From: Lingula anatina
Taxonomy: Eukaryota; Animalia; Brachiopoda
Length of the DNA stretch: 64,000 nt
Assembly: GCA_051362555.1 (NCBI GenBank)
Contig: CM120644.1
Coordinates: forward strand, 17,134,534 to 17,198,533
Reading direction: 5' to 3'
Below, piece by piece: positions 51,456 through 64,000 of this stretch. The first letter of the stretch is position 1, and each line of letters opens with the position of its first letter. The notes below the pieces were generated by a model. It was not told the origin of the DNA. It did not search any database and worked only from the letters and a program-made list of their open reading frames with translations. The position numbers were made by a program, and so were the translations under genes.

Positions 51456-54400
51456 TCACTGAAGAGTTGTTTGAAAATGGTTCGTAGTAAGATAAAGCAA
51501 TGCAGTTGTGGCTTCATTGGAAGGAATAAAAGTATTTTGTTCATAACCTTCCAAAGTCACTTCCACTGGCGTTCCGTTGGAAACAGACACAGGCACCGCG
51601 GTGTTAGTTCCTTCATGAGTAATATGAACAATTGTCTGTCCGTCTGCTGTCTGATGAAAGTCCTCCGGCTTGATAAGGATCTGAGTAGACTGGACTGTAG
51701 GGGGCAGTTGTGTCGCTTGGCTATGTATCACTTGCTGGACCTGCTGAGTAACCTCCTGTGTCTGATTATTTAAGGCGTCGTGTGTCCTCTGGTGTCTCAG
51801 CAAGGCGTACTTCGTGTTGAAGCGTTTTGGGCACTGACCGCATTCGAAGGCTCGCGGGTTTTTGTGTATGGTCTCCACGTGTTTTCGTTGGACTGATTTA
51901 GTCTTGAAGGAAGCTCCACATATCTCACAGAGAAATGAACGTATACTAGTGTGCATTGCCATGTGTTCTGCTAAGTGCGCCTGAGAAGAAAAAACAATAA
52001 CATTTTAATTTCATCAAGGAATTCAAGGTCTACTAAAACTCAATATTGTACATTGACCACTCATACAGTCACCTAAAACAACACTGTCCAATGAGCAAAT
52101 TTGTAGATTTTGACTCATCAGACTGAAAGAGACATCTCAATAGGACAACTGACCCTTTAAAGTGCCAAAAAGATGGTCAATAAGAATACAAGCAATATGG
52201 CAGTTTTCAGCAATTTTACAAGTTTTTATGTTATCTTGGAGAGCAATATTCCAGTTTTACGACATAAAAATTGTGTTGATTTTAGATTGAAATGTTAATA
52301 TGGTCTCTTGTCAATGGTTATTATAAACCTACCCTTGAACGGAATGGTTTGTCACAGGTGGAGCATTTAAACCTGAAGATGCGAGATTTCTTTTCCATGT
52401 GGATCACTCGGTGTTGGCGCAGGGCATCCGCTCGCTTGAAAGAAGTCCCACACAAATCGCACAAAAATGGCCTTTGATTGGTATGGACGTCTTTAATATG
52501 TCGCAAATAGTGTTCCTTTTTCTTAGTACTGTAAGCACATTTCTCGCACTGGTACCTCATTATTATTTTGTCCGTGCCGTTTATGATGTCCGCGTGACAG
52601 GACAGATGGCGCTTAAACTGCATAATACTATGGGACGAGTACCCACAATCCTCTGTTGGACACAGAAATCTGTTGACCTTCTTCTTTCCCTCGTCATGCT
52701 CTTTATGCTTGTACTTGATATGGCGTTCTAATAATACAGGGTTGTCTGTCCTATACTTGCATTTAGCATTAGGGCAGCTTTTGCATTCTTTGCTGTGGGT
52801 GTTTATCTCGTGCTTTTTGAGGACACTGAGGCGTATTGTTTTGAAAGTACATTTTGTGCATGCATACAGCTTCTTGTAGACTTTATGGCAAGTCATGTGC
52901 TTGTCGAATTGAGCTTTCCTTTTAGTTTTAAATGAACACATTTTACACCAAAATTTGAAGGGTAAAGTATCCTCATACTCTTTGTTTTTTTCACCTGAAA
53001 AAATGTATTTGAAAAGTAATATGCACAAATGTTTATTAAATCAGGTTACTTTTGTAAATACTGAATAAATAATAGTTCAGACAACATACTTAAAATTTAA
53101 TAACCAAAGGAAAACAAAACTTAAGCATCTGCCTCATTTTTGACGTTTAAAATAAAACTTAAATTTTTCAATATTAAAACTAGAGGATCAGAGAGGCGAT
53201 ACCGCCTCCGGATATTGTACCACCAGCTGGAGTAAGCCCATTCGTATGGACCCCCCACCCAAAAAAAGGGACTCCACCACCAGTCTTGTGCTTGACAAGC
53301 TCTATAAAATGCAATCAACAAGAATTCTCAAAATATGCAAAAAAAAAAAAAAAAAAAACTAAATATGGTACAATCAAAGTTCAGTTCATCGTAAAAAGTA
53401 GGTCAAGGGTCACAGTAAATTGCCTCTAATGACTTTCTATTCCAGGTCAATAGTAACTATGGACCTATCTCTGCCAGTTTTGGAGAGAAAACTTTCAAAA
53501 GGGAACAAAATTTGCAAAGTTCAATTCATGGTTAAAAGTAGGTCAAAGGTCAATTTCAAGGTCACATTTAGATTGCCAGTATATGACTTTCTACTCAAGT
53601 TCAATAGTAACCATGGACCTATCTCTGCCAGTTTTGGAGATAAAAGGGAACAAAATTTGCAAAGTTCAATTCATGGTTAAAAGTAGGTCAAAGGTCAATT
53701 TAAGGGTCACAGTAAATTGCCTCTAATGACTTTCTATTCAAATTCAATAGTAACTATGGGTGTATCTCTGCCAGTTTTGAAAATAAAAGCATAAAAAAAA
53801 TTGCAAAGTTCAGTTTATGGTTAAAAGTAGGTCAAAGGTCAATTTTAAGGTCACAGTAAATTGCCTCGTATGACTTTCTATTCAAATTCAATAGTAACTA
53901 TGGGCGTATCTCTGCCAGTTATGAAAATAAAAGCATTAAAAAGTTGCAAAGTTCAGTTTATGGTGTAAAGTAGGTCAAAGGTCAATTTCAATTTAGATTG
54001 CCAGTATATGACTTTCTATTCAAGTTCAATAGTAACTATGGACCTATCTCTGCCAGTTTTGGAGATAAAAAGGAACCAAAATTTGCAAAGTTCAATTCAT
54101 GGTGAAAAGTAGGCCAAAGGTCAATTTCAAGGTCACATTTAAATTGCCAGTATGTGACTTCCTATTCAACTTTAATAGTAACTATAGACCTATCTCTGCC
54201 AGTTTTGGAGATATAAGGGACTAAATGTTATAATTTTCACAACCACAATGTACTTTTTGATACAGCATAACTCAAAAAATGTATGGAATACGAAAAAACG
54301 GACACCATCTGCAGTGTTAGGCTTTACATGCTCTACAAAATGCAAAAAAGAACGGGTCTCTAGCATTAATGGTTCCCGAATTATAGACAGTTTTCAGTTT

Positions 54401-57400
54401 CGGTATCTTATGGTTGCTACTCCCGTGAAAATGCACTGATTGACCCCGAATTCACGGAGATGAAAGATGACCCAAAGGGGAACACTTTCCAATAATATTA
54501 TTGGTTAAGTCTGTGTAGTGTCTGAATAACAGCAAAAATAATTTTTTTTTTCGTAAAAAAATTCGTTTTTTTGAAAATTTTGGCCCATTTGACCTTGAAA
54601 CAAAGGTCAAAGGTCAAATCCAAGGGCATATTTGAAATCTCCACATATGACTTTCGGTCAGTCGTCTGTAGAAATTTTTCCCATAATTCCTTCCGTAGGG
54701 TAGATAATTGGCATTGAATTTTCAAAAATTTTGACAAGGGTGCAATTCAACGAGTGTCACGCCAAGGTCAATGCACCGACTGAGACAAAAAAACTTGGGG
54801 GTTCAAGTTGAGGTTATATGTGACCTAAATCCAAGAGATGGAGACAGGGGTCCTTGCGGTCTAGGAGGAGAAGCGGTAACGGTGACTTGTATCCGGCGCC
54901 AGTACGCGGAGCCGGCGGAGCCAACGGAGCCAACGGAGCCGCAGGAGCCGGCGGAGCCGGACGAGACGGGTCGGGACTAAAACCATGAGTACCGCCAGCG
55001 TACACGCTGGTGGTACTAATAAAGTCCAAAATCCAATATAAAATCCTTAAAATTAAAAATATTTACATTTTACTGCATCTCTCTTTGACCGCCTGTGTTG
55101 TGTGGTGCCCTCCTCTGCATCACTGAGACAGGAGTCATCCGGGTCTTTGTTCTCCGTGTTATCATTGCTGAAATCTGGCTCTTCTTCTTCTCCTTCTTCA
55201 TCATCATCATCATTGGAACTGTCTTCTGGCTTCACATCTCCTTCTTGATTGATATCCTCATCCCGTATATCAGAATTTGAAACAATAACTTTTGTTTCGT
55301 CAATGGTTCCATCGCCTTCCCACATGTCGCCATCATGTTCTATGATAACAGAAGGATTCGGTTCTTTCTTAGCACTGGTGATTTTCAAAGGTGTTTTAGT
55401 TTTTCTCCTACGTACTGGGGTTTTCACAACCAGATCTTCACTGTCATCATGGTCGGAGCTATTAAAATCATCAAAAAATTCAATGGCATCTTCTCTTGTT
55501 GTTGGTTTCACCTGACGTCCAGACCGCGTCACGGTGACAGGTTTCAGCAGTTCACACATCACTCCTCGGTCATTTTTCCCTTTATCATGCCCATTGACCA
55601 ATCTTTGCAGGTCTCGACGGATTGATACCAAAGAGTCGAGGTCTGTAGAGATGGTGTACTTGTCATCAGTTTCATCCATTTGGAAATCACGAGTCTCTTG
55701 CAAGTGTTTGAGATGGACATCTATGGAGCCGGGAATCAGGGGCTGCAGCTGCTTGGAGATAGTGGCTGTGACACTTTCAAATATCTGGAACAAAAAGAAA
55801 TTATAACATAGCTGACTTTACGTCCAAAATTCACATCTTTATAAGCAGACAAATTTTTCATCATAATACTAAATATGTGGGGTATAATTTCAGGTGACCA
55901 GTCTGACCAGGTCATTTACCTAACCAAGTGAAAGGTCTCAGGTTAAGACTTCAACGTCGGTCAGTTGCTAATGCAAGTTCCGGAATCCAGTATCCGAGTC
56001 ATTCATGTTTTCAGTACTTAACCAGTACCATTCAGACAATGAATGAAAATCTACTAGAAAATCAGTTAAGTATTTTATCACCTGTGTTTGGCTGGAACCA
56101 CCTTACCTTGGTCTCTTTCTTGGCACTGCCCAGTTTCCACAAATGCTCAAATGTATCCTGGAAATCAACAAGTTGTCCACCATAATTCTGTAACTCATCT
56201 TGGACTGAGACACTTGGCTTCACGTCTCTGTCGATGGGCACTTTTTTAGAGACCTGCCGTGCCACTTCAGGAGCTTCCTTCAAATTTTGCTGTGACTTTT
56301 TCTGTTGCTGGTTCGGGTTGGGAGGGGGTTGTAGTTTCTGAATCCCAGGTGCGCTTTTCTGATCCACTTCCTGTTCCTGTTGTGGTTTACTTTGCAGCTC
56401 TTGCTTTGGTGGCGGAGACAGACGCTGAGACAACTTCTGGACCTCGTCACGCGGCAGCACAGACACGTGGATTTGTTGGCCATTTGGCAGAGTCAACACC
56501 TGTTCTTCCATGCTTTCCGTTGCTGAGGCAACGCCCATTTCTACAGCGCTGGTTATATCACCTATGGTGAGACTCCCATGTTGGCCACCCAAGAAGCTCT
56601 CAGGGCCTTTGTTAACCCCTGTTTGACTGGTATCTCCCATATTGTACACCACACCCCCTGAATTTGCATAAAAAGAAGTGGTGTTGATCGAATTTCCACT
56701 TCCAGTTTGATTAATCGGGTTGACAGCAGTGACTGCCGGCGGTGGACTTTGTCCGAGAAGTGACCGCCCTGGGACGTATATAGTGACCCCTTGCTGCTCA
56801 TAACACATCACACTCTGACCCATGGCAAGAGGGGAGGCACTGGTCACCACACTCATAGGGAGAGACTGAAGGGTTGAGGTGGTCTCTACAGAGGGCTGAC
56901 CGGTACTCATTTGTTGGTCCATTCCTTGAATGGACCCAACTGGGCACGATGTATTTAGTATCGAGACTTGATCTAATTGGGAGGTGATCGACGGCTGCTG
57001 AACAAGTTCACTAGTTCCTGCTAAAGTTGTCATATTCATTTGATTGACAGCAGAATACTGTTGTTGAGACTGCTGCTGGGCATCTGCTGTAAGTTGTTGT
57101 AGGTGCTGTATTTGCTGCTGCTGCTGTTCAAGCTGAGATTGTTGTAAATGCTGCTGGATCTGTTGCTGTTGTTGCTGCTGAGCTCCCGTTGTCAGTTGCT
57201 GAAAATGTTGCACTTGCTGTTGCTGATTTTGCTGTGTCCCTGTTGTCAGCTGCTGTAACATATCTGGGGTGATGACAATTTGATCTTGCTGCTCTCCCTG
57301 CTGCTGCTGCTGCTGAATATTTACATGAGTTGTTGACTGATGTTGAGAAATGTGGTCTCCCTGCATACTGTGTTGTCCTATGCCTGATGAGGCATCAATT

Positions 57401-57544
57401 TCATTGACCTTTAACCCTGAGTTCATGTCACCGGCTTTTAACCCTGACGTCAAACTGCTGATGCCTGGTAATTCTGTGGTGTGCTGTATTGGAGAGGCTG
57501 AACCTGTGGGTGCCAATAAACTGTTGGTTTGGATGTGGGGCTCC
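51456..57544 (-). CDS. C2H2 zinc-finger protein (~1070-1110 aa): Q-rich N-terminus, acidic middle, 9 C2H2 fingers, Q/T-rich tail; probable transcription factor
   Basis: Phase-consistent GT-AG exons 57544-56107, 55784-55067, 52994-52333, 51980-51456 match ORFs 56062..57570, 55053..55793, 52321..53028, 51456..51962. Fingers include CDLCGTSFKRADALRQHRVIH, CSTCDKPFRSR|AHLAEHMAMH (split by an intron) and CGQCPKRFNTKYALLRHQRTH. Start codon uncertain; the first in-frame ATG in the large exon is at 57426 (1074 aa). Confidence 0.92.
53178..55020 (+). mobile_element. Helentron-associated (HINE/DINE-1/pearl-like) non-autonomous element with internal satellite array, in a zinc-finger gene intron
   Basis: Starts AACTAGA, contains ~6 x 144-bp tandem units and a GC-rich 9-bp microrepeat, and ends with the hairpin AGTACCGCCAGCGT-AC-ACGCTGGTGGTACT followed by AAT. 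Its 3' part is nearly identical to 50535-50740. Confidence 0.7.
53375..54230. repeat. ~144-bp tandem array, about 6 units
   Basis: GGACCTATCTCTGCCAGTTTTGG-like motif at ~53461, 53615, 53759, 53902, 54040 and 54185. Confidence 0.92.
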
Positions 57545-57675
57545 CTAAGAACAAGAATGAAATAAAACATTTAGGCAAATAATTACAAAAGAAGTATTAT
57601 TTCCCAATATGACTATCATACTGACTCTAAGATGTTCTACATCAGGTCCATTGCAAGCAATTTCAAAAGGGAGTT

Positions 57676-57841
57676 CAGGGGCGGATTTAGGCCATCTTCT
57701 GGGTCTTCCGGAAGATGGCAGATTTTCAAATTTACATTGACAGGTATCTATTTTTTCTGTCGGATGATGGTCAAAAATGGATGTTGGATCAACAAAGATA
57801 ATGTGGAGGAATGTCAGAAAATATCTCTGGATCCGCCCCTG
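57676..57841. mobile_element. CAGGGGCGGAT-type MITE nested within a CAGGCCCG-type MITE
   Basis: TIR CAGGGGCGGAT...ATCCGCCCCTG, flanks GAGTT/GGGTT; the host element continues on both sides. Confidence 0.7.
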
Positions 57842-58429
57842 GGGTTCTTTTTCTGAAAAAGTGGACCTTTTACTATGAAACATTCATGTACCTAGTTGAT
57901 AAATTTTTACCCAGAGGGGAGCTTTTCCAAGCAAAAAGGGGGCAAACTGATTTAGATTAGTGCTACATGATAGATCACTAGAGGCACAAATGCACCTGAG
58001 TACGTTTTCACTGAATAAATGACAGGTTTTAACAGAAGCAGAAGAGATACAAAGCCCTATCAGGGGTGGAGCAGACAAACTTGCATTTAAAATGAAATGA
58101 GCTCCATGTTCAAGGTTCATATTCACACATCATCCCTCTACCCTCCGTTTCTCATTTAAGAGAAAAATGATTTAGTGACGGCATACGTTAAATCTTACAT
58201 TAAATGGAAAACCTTTAGATGTTACTTAGCAATAGTAGTAGTACCGAGTTTAACTTTCACAAAAATCTTGACATGCATTTCTTATGAAAATTATCAAGAC
58301 TTACATCACTCAGTTTATTATCCAGTAATTTCAGGACGTGGAAATATCCCTTCAGAGGCTAAGAGTATGTAACAAGAAAGATTCCTCCTTGGAAGCTTTC
58401 TAAAAATGCAAACGTATTACAATTACAAC

Positions 58430-58610
58430 CTGGGGCAAAGCCCTAAACAAAGTCGCCATCTTGAAGAAATAGTATTGCTAGCTTGCCATTGGTCAAAATA
58501 TTTGAATGCTTTAGGCGAGATCGCCTGTCACCTCCGACACAATGCTGGCCCCGCAAAGAGTCGCATGCGGTGCACGGGCATTTCAGGTTATACGGCACTT
58601 CCGGCCTTTC
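58430..58610 (-). promoter_or_regulatory. Probable promoter and first exon of the zinc-finger gene
   Basis: CpG-rich patch; YY1-type CAAGATGGCG (58454-58463), ETS-type CCGGAAGTG (~58596-58604), CCAAT near 58490; donor CAG|GTTGT at 58430/58429. Confidence 0.6.
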
Positions 58611-58747
58611 TTGTTTAGCAAGTTTGAATCAAGAAGATTTGCACATAAGAGAAAAATGAGTTTATTTTTCAATTTTGGATCATTTGAAAATTTTGAAATA
58701 AATATTAGAAATAAATGTGTTCATTTACCTTTAATTTGATGTGTTAT

Positions 58748-59090
58748 TTTAGATTAGATTAGATTAGCGTTGATTTCCGATTCAGGTTCCAACTGGATTT
58801 ATCGGACTTTTCCTACAAAACTAACTTGTGACTTCTGATGATGTTGATTTAGGACCTATAATTGTCATATTTGAGTTCCTGGTCATCCCACCACTTGCCT
58901 AATCTGTTCTTAAAAGAGTTGAGGCTTTTTGCCCTGATAACTTGATCGGGTAGGCTATTCCATATTTTTGTTGTACGCACTGTGAAGCTGTATTTTCTCA
59001 AGTCTAATTGGCTCTTTGAAGGAATAGCTTGAAACAATTTCCTCTATTACCAGACCTATGTGAATGACTGGACCATAATTTGATGTTATA
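58748..59090 (-). mobile_element. 5'-truncated CR1/L2-type LINE remnant (ORF2 C-terminus and tail)
   Basis: ORF 58849..59037 LRKYSFTVRTTKIWNSLPDQVIRAKSLNSFKNRLGKWW is the typical CR1/L2 ORF2 C-terminal motif; (TCTAA)n tail at 58748-58767. Confidence 0.85.
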
Positions 59091-59223
59091 TTTCATATCA
59101 GAGTGAAATTTTACTGCCTGTGGCCAGTTTTACATGCCCACCCCCCCTGCTGCATTTTAGTGCTTATTTTGGCCGACTGGCGGCAGCACCTTACGGTCAT
59201 GTCATGTCACTGGCAGGCTATCC

Positions 59224-59850
59224 CACGCTCGGCTGTCACCTTGATTGGATAGTAAACGATTGTCGTAAAATAGCTAAATGATATAAAAACCGGGTGCATA
59301 AACTTGAAAACCACCTAGGACAACCTTAGACTGCCACATTCATCCAATACAATACAAAAATAAACTATAACAAGCGGTTAAAGCCTTCAAACCGAATGTC
59401 GTAAAGTCCCCATATACCTCCATAGAGACAATAAAATAGAGGAAGCTTGTGAAACAAAACTCAACCATTTTAAACATAATAATCGAAATAAAATACTGCC
59501 GGGCATCGGAGCGGCCTAAAACTTGGCACGCTTACCGCAAATACTGCAGGCTACATCACCCCGTCGCTCGTTTGTAAATTCCGTGCATGGCATATGCACA
59601 ATCAAACCGTAAATCAAAATTCCACCTCTGATGTTTATTTCGGTCCACTCTAACCTCCAATTACGAAAAAGAAGCCATGCCATTGGGCAATACGACCTCT
59701 GCGGTTACGTCATTTCCTGAATTGTATTGGATTAATGTGGCAGTCCAAGGTGGTCCTAGGTGGTTTTCAAGTTTATGCACCGGGTTTTAATATCATTTAG
59801 CGATTTTACGACAACCGTTTACTATCCAATCAAGGTGACAGCCGAGCGTG
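59224..59850. mobile_element. MITE with ~125-bp terminal inverted repeats (CACGCTCGGC...GCCGAGCGTG)
   Basis: 59224-59352 is a near-perfect reverse complement of 59721-59850. Confidence 0.85.
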
Positions 59851-60057
59851 CCGTCAGCGCTCGAGCTCTCTCGTCTCGAGGTGCAAACTGCAAACAGTGA
59901 CTAAATGGCTTCTTGATATTTTAACATTTCTGTACAGCTGTAAATATTTTTGATTTTGTTGACAGAATTTTTATTTACCTTAATGATGAATTCAAATTGC
60001 GTTAACGGCACGTGCAGGCCCCCAATGTCCAGTCAGTATGCCCTCCCCCCTGCTGCA

Positions 60058-60059
60058 TT

Positions 60060-60121
<62 letters not shown>

Positions 60122-60250
60122 TTATTGAGCACAAAGTAATGGTTTACATTTACAGGCTCTCTAACTAATACAAATATTACAAAGAATAATTTAAGTAATA
60201 AACTATGCTCATCCACGCAGTGATACACGCTTTTTACTTGCACTAATTTT
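60058..60250 (-). mobile_element. Truncated retroelement 3' end with (ATT)n tail
   Basis: (AAT)~20 then TTTATTGAGCAC...TTTACAGGCTCTCTA; a related sequence lies at 46458-46570. The insertion interrupts GCTGCATTTTAGTGCTT, which is intact at ~59150 and ~60670. Confidence 0.7.
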
Positions 60251-61433
60251 TAGTGCTTATTTTGGCCGACCGGCGGCAGCACCTTACGGTCATGTCATGT
60301 CACTGGCATTAATGTACCCTGATTTTTTGATAATGTTTAGGCCTTGAGTTAAAGTATTCAAACCTGAAGTGTTGTGTTTGTTGAAGCATGGGAAATATTT
60401 TAAGAGAATTAAACGTTACAATGGAAGTGAATGGGATTTTTAATAGTGGTTTGTAACCGTCAACGCTCGAGGCTCTCTCGTCTCGAGGTGCAAACTGCAA
60501 ACAGTGGCTAAATGGCTTCTTAATTAATATTTTAACATTTCTGTACAGCTGTAAAAATTTTTGATTTTGTTGACAGAATATTTATTTACCTTTATGATGA
60601 ATTCAAATTGCATTAACGGCACGTGCAGGCCCCCAATGTCCAGTCAGTTTTACATGCCCTCCCCCCCTGCTGCATTTTAGTGCTTATTTTGGTCGACTGG
60701 CGGCAGCACCTTACGGTCATGTCAAGCCACTGGCAGGCTATCCCATTCCGCATATTTGCTGGTGTTTTTCGTGACAATCCCAAAAAGAAATTAGGGAAAT
60801 GTAAGTGGTGAATTCGATTATTTGAAACATATAAACATAGCTCAATATATAAAAAGCGCCCAAATCTACTTATATGTTTAGCAAATATTTTGTGAGTAGT
60901 AACGGGCCCATCGTTCTACAGATATTTAAAATCTTCTATCAGCGTTTTGTGTTTTTATCAACTACATAAGGTAAACGGTAAACTGTAGTGGCGATTTCGG
61001 GGGGGGGGGGGGGGGGGGTCAAGACCGCTCTGACCTCCCCTTCGATTTAATTTAACAAAAAAAAAAAAAAAAAAAAAAAAAGAAAGAAAGAAAAACGTCT
61101 AGCTGAATCATAGTTCTAAACCGTAACAAATGACGCCATTTGCCCTCCAAGACGCCAATTTTTTTTCGGGGCCATCGAGCATGTCCCGAACCTGACACCA
61201 AGGAGCTAGATGATCGGTCTGCCTCACAATCCCTGGTTTGTCAATCCCTAAAAAACCGTACCCCCCCCCCCTTCAAAACATTCTGGATCCGCCCCAGAAT
61301 TTTACAAGCCTTTTAAAACTTTTCAGTCACATTGTCTATGTCTACATCATACCTGTTAACACTGACAGTTTCATATTTCCTTGCGCACTTTACGTACGTC
61401 TCCCATCCGACACACCACACGTGCACAAACAAA

Positions 61434-61476
<43 letters not shown>

Positions 61477-61746
61477 ATAGATGAAATAATAATGATGATA
61501 ATAATAATAAATAAATAAAATAAAAAGTATAAATTAATAACCATGAAAAAATTTTTTCTTTTAATGCGGAAGGAAAATCAAATCAAATCAATATAATCAA
61601 ATACCTCGACTACGTAGGCCTAATGATTAAGAAAAATCAAATCGCCAAGTAAATGATTTATCTAATTTCAAATCAAGTCTTTCAGTGTTTTACATACAAC
61701 AATTGAACATTAATAATATGTTTTGTAAAGATATTCATTGGCTGTT

Positions 61747-61984
61747 CAGGGGCGGTCCGCGGATGTGAAGTCGCCCCCCCCCACCCTTTGCCAGGGGCCC
61801 GGAGCCCGCTAAAGTGCCCCGAATTTTTTTATTTTAGAGGACAAAGGTGCCATTTGGTACCGCTCAGAAATATGATTCAGCTAGTCAAAATTCTGATTTC
61901 AAGAGGAGACCATTAATGTGATTTTTTTCAGAGATCGAAGAGGGGGTCAGGACCCCCCTGACCCCCTCCCTAAATCCGCCACTG
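61747..61984. mobile_element. CAGGGGCGG-type MITE
   Basis: Shares GTGCCATTTGGTAC...GCTAGTCAAAATTCT..TTTCAAGAGGAGACCA with 26344-26559; a further relative at ~60985-61295. Confidence 0.75.
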
Positions 61985-63925
61985 TGAAGGTATCACCACC
62001 GGGTTTATTGAACATTCGTGAACAGTTTCAGAAACAACCTTTCACCTAAAATGAGCTATACCTGTTGTTATTTGCATAACAACAAGTTGTTCATCGTAGT
62101 GCGAGCTGTCTTCCCGAATGCTCACTTGGCAGTTAGACAGAGTCGGGTGTAGACGCATATGGTATGTGTGGTGCAGTCAGAGGGTCGAGCTTTTAGAAGG
62201 CGTGGAAGGAAATACATGTTTGTGAGTATCACTTTTTCTTCATCAACCACAGCCATTAAATAATAAAGGCGCAGAAGTATAAGGAAAATATTTACGACAA
62301 ATATTTATGACATGAATCCTTTTACTATATTTCCATTGTTACTTGCATGTCACTCAGAATGGTAGAAATTATTGCTTACAATGCATTGGGACTCCAAATA
62401 TTCAGGATAAACGGCGTATTCATCCGACTTTTGATGATAACTTAAGTTTGCTTGAAATACTTTGCACTTTGTAACCCTCTGTTTGAACATTTTGTGTGCC
62501 CCGGCCTTGACAATTAATTTTGAATATTGTGACCTAATTTAAAATGGCGTGTTGGTTTAAATGTAAGTATTACCACTCAAATGAATTAATTGGATGATGC
62601 TTGTCACTGTTCTGAGCTTCTGATCCAAGGATTTCGAGTGCTCATTACACATTGATAAACAGATACATATCTTATATTTCACACAGCCTGCATGTCGTCT
62701 CCATTGTGCCGTGTGTTGTGTATCCATTACACGATTCACTGTATGAAAACTTATTATATATGTGCGATATATTTGTTTTAATTTTTGAAGAGAATTTGTA
62801 AATGATCTCTTTCTCTGAAATGCGTCAACATGTACTACAATACGTGTTATAACTTTTAATATCAAGAGGAATATGTTAACGGTCGTAGCAATTACCTCAC
62901 CCACCCTGCAAATGAAATGGGCTGTGCTATCAATGTTACTTTTTTTAACAAGAGGCCTCAAATAGTTATATTATTAACTAATTCCAGATCATAATTTTGG
63001 TTTTGCGCTTGCTGAACCTGAACATTATGCAGACTAGTAAATAAACGTGCACGCCATTCCATTTATATGTGCCTTCTGCCCTCATGCATTATTAGAATGT
63101 AAAGAGCCTGTCTGTTTAGTTCAAAGTTGCAAACATCATTTTATCTTTTCAGGAGCTCAACGAGATTCTGCACAGCATCCGCCTGAAAGCAACATATGAA
63201 GTCAGCCTAAATTTGTTTCACACACAGGAACCCACGCTCCTTCGTACATCTATTATATGAAAACTCAATAAAAAAATTTTGCAACTTGGCGTTTTATTTT
63301 TCACTTAGTTATAAAATTATTATGATAAGGTTATAGTAGTAATCAATAGAAAGAGTTATTTTTAGTGTTTAACTTTGAGGACTTTCAAATTCAATCTGAA
63401 CTGTAAATACGTACTGTCAATGTTTTTGTGGTTGACGGTTTTCTGTGGTACCTAAATTTTAAATAGTTGTAAAATAACCAATATTTTCTAGATAACCCCT
63501 CCAAGCTGTTTTAGCAAACTGAAATAAAATATCTTAAATGGTTTTCAACAGCCTACATTTAACTGTTTAGTTCAAATTTATATAAATTTACAATCCCGGT
63601 TTTTAAAAACACGAGATTTTTGTTCTTTAGCACATGGAACTAATTTATTTGGATATAACTTTTCCTAGATATTTTCTTATATAGGGAGGGTCCCATTTTG
63701 ACGGGGTTTGGCCTTTGCTATCATGAATTGTTTTAATTTCGCGGCCTATTCTTAGTATAAATACTTAATTTGATATTTGAACGTAATACTGAAAAGATGG
63801 CATGATTCAAGTTATTGTTTTTGAATTGATACAGCTGAAATTGGCCAAAAAATTTAACTTTTGAGGGTAAAACAATTTCTACAGTTCCTGTTCTCTGAAC
63901 CAAATTGGGAAAATTACAAGTCTCG

Positions 63926-64000
63926 CCCCACCTGCCACCCCTCTGATGCAATGGACTCGTCCCACCTGCCACCCCTCTGATGCAATGGACTGGCCCCACC
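63926..64000. repeat. ~35-bp tandem repeat running off the window end
   Basis: CCCACCTGCCACCCCTCTGATGCAATGGACT twice plus the start of a third unit. Confidence 0.8.

Noticed and set aside
51471-57565. Plus-strand ORFs overlapping zinc-finger exons (similarly over HACL1 exons)
   Set aside because: Antisense shadows of genuine minus-strand coding exons.

Overview
AT-rich eukaryotic genomic DNA, most likely an invertebrate animal (GT-AG introns, microsatellites, abundant MITEs, mosaic CpG depletion). Two protein-coding genes can be rebuilt by hand, both on the minus strand: a complete 18-exon HACL1 (2-hydroxyacyl-CoA lyase 1, 574 aa, C-terminal PTS1 SKL; 34019-44925) and a Q-rich/acidic C2H2 zinc-finger gene with 9 fingers (51456-~58460). 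Positions 1-25.7 kb look like the 5' end and large introns of a third, unidentified minus-strand gene. The rest is PIF/Harbinger-like and hAT-like MITEs, Helentron-associated (HINE/DINE-1/pearl-like) elements, LINE 3' remnants and mini/microsatellites. The most unusual feature is a ~4.3 kb block (45450-49800) head-to-head with HACL1 whose + strand has lost most of its cytosines. An embedded repeat copy suggests the loss is directional, and the block carries + strand exon-like segments and a candidate polyA signal. All coordinates were derived by eye; no searches or computations were run.
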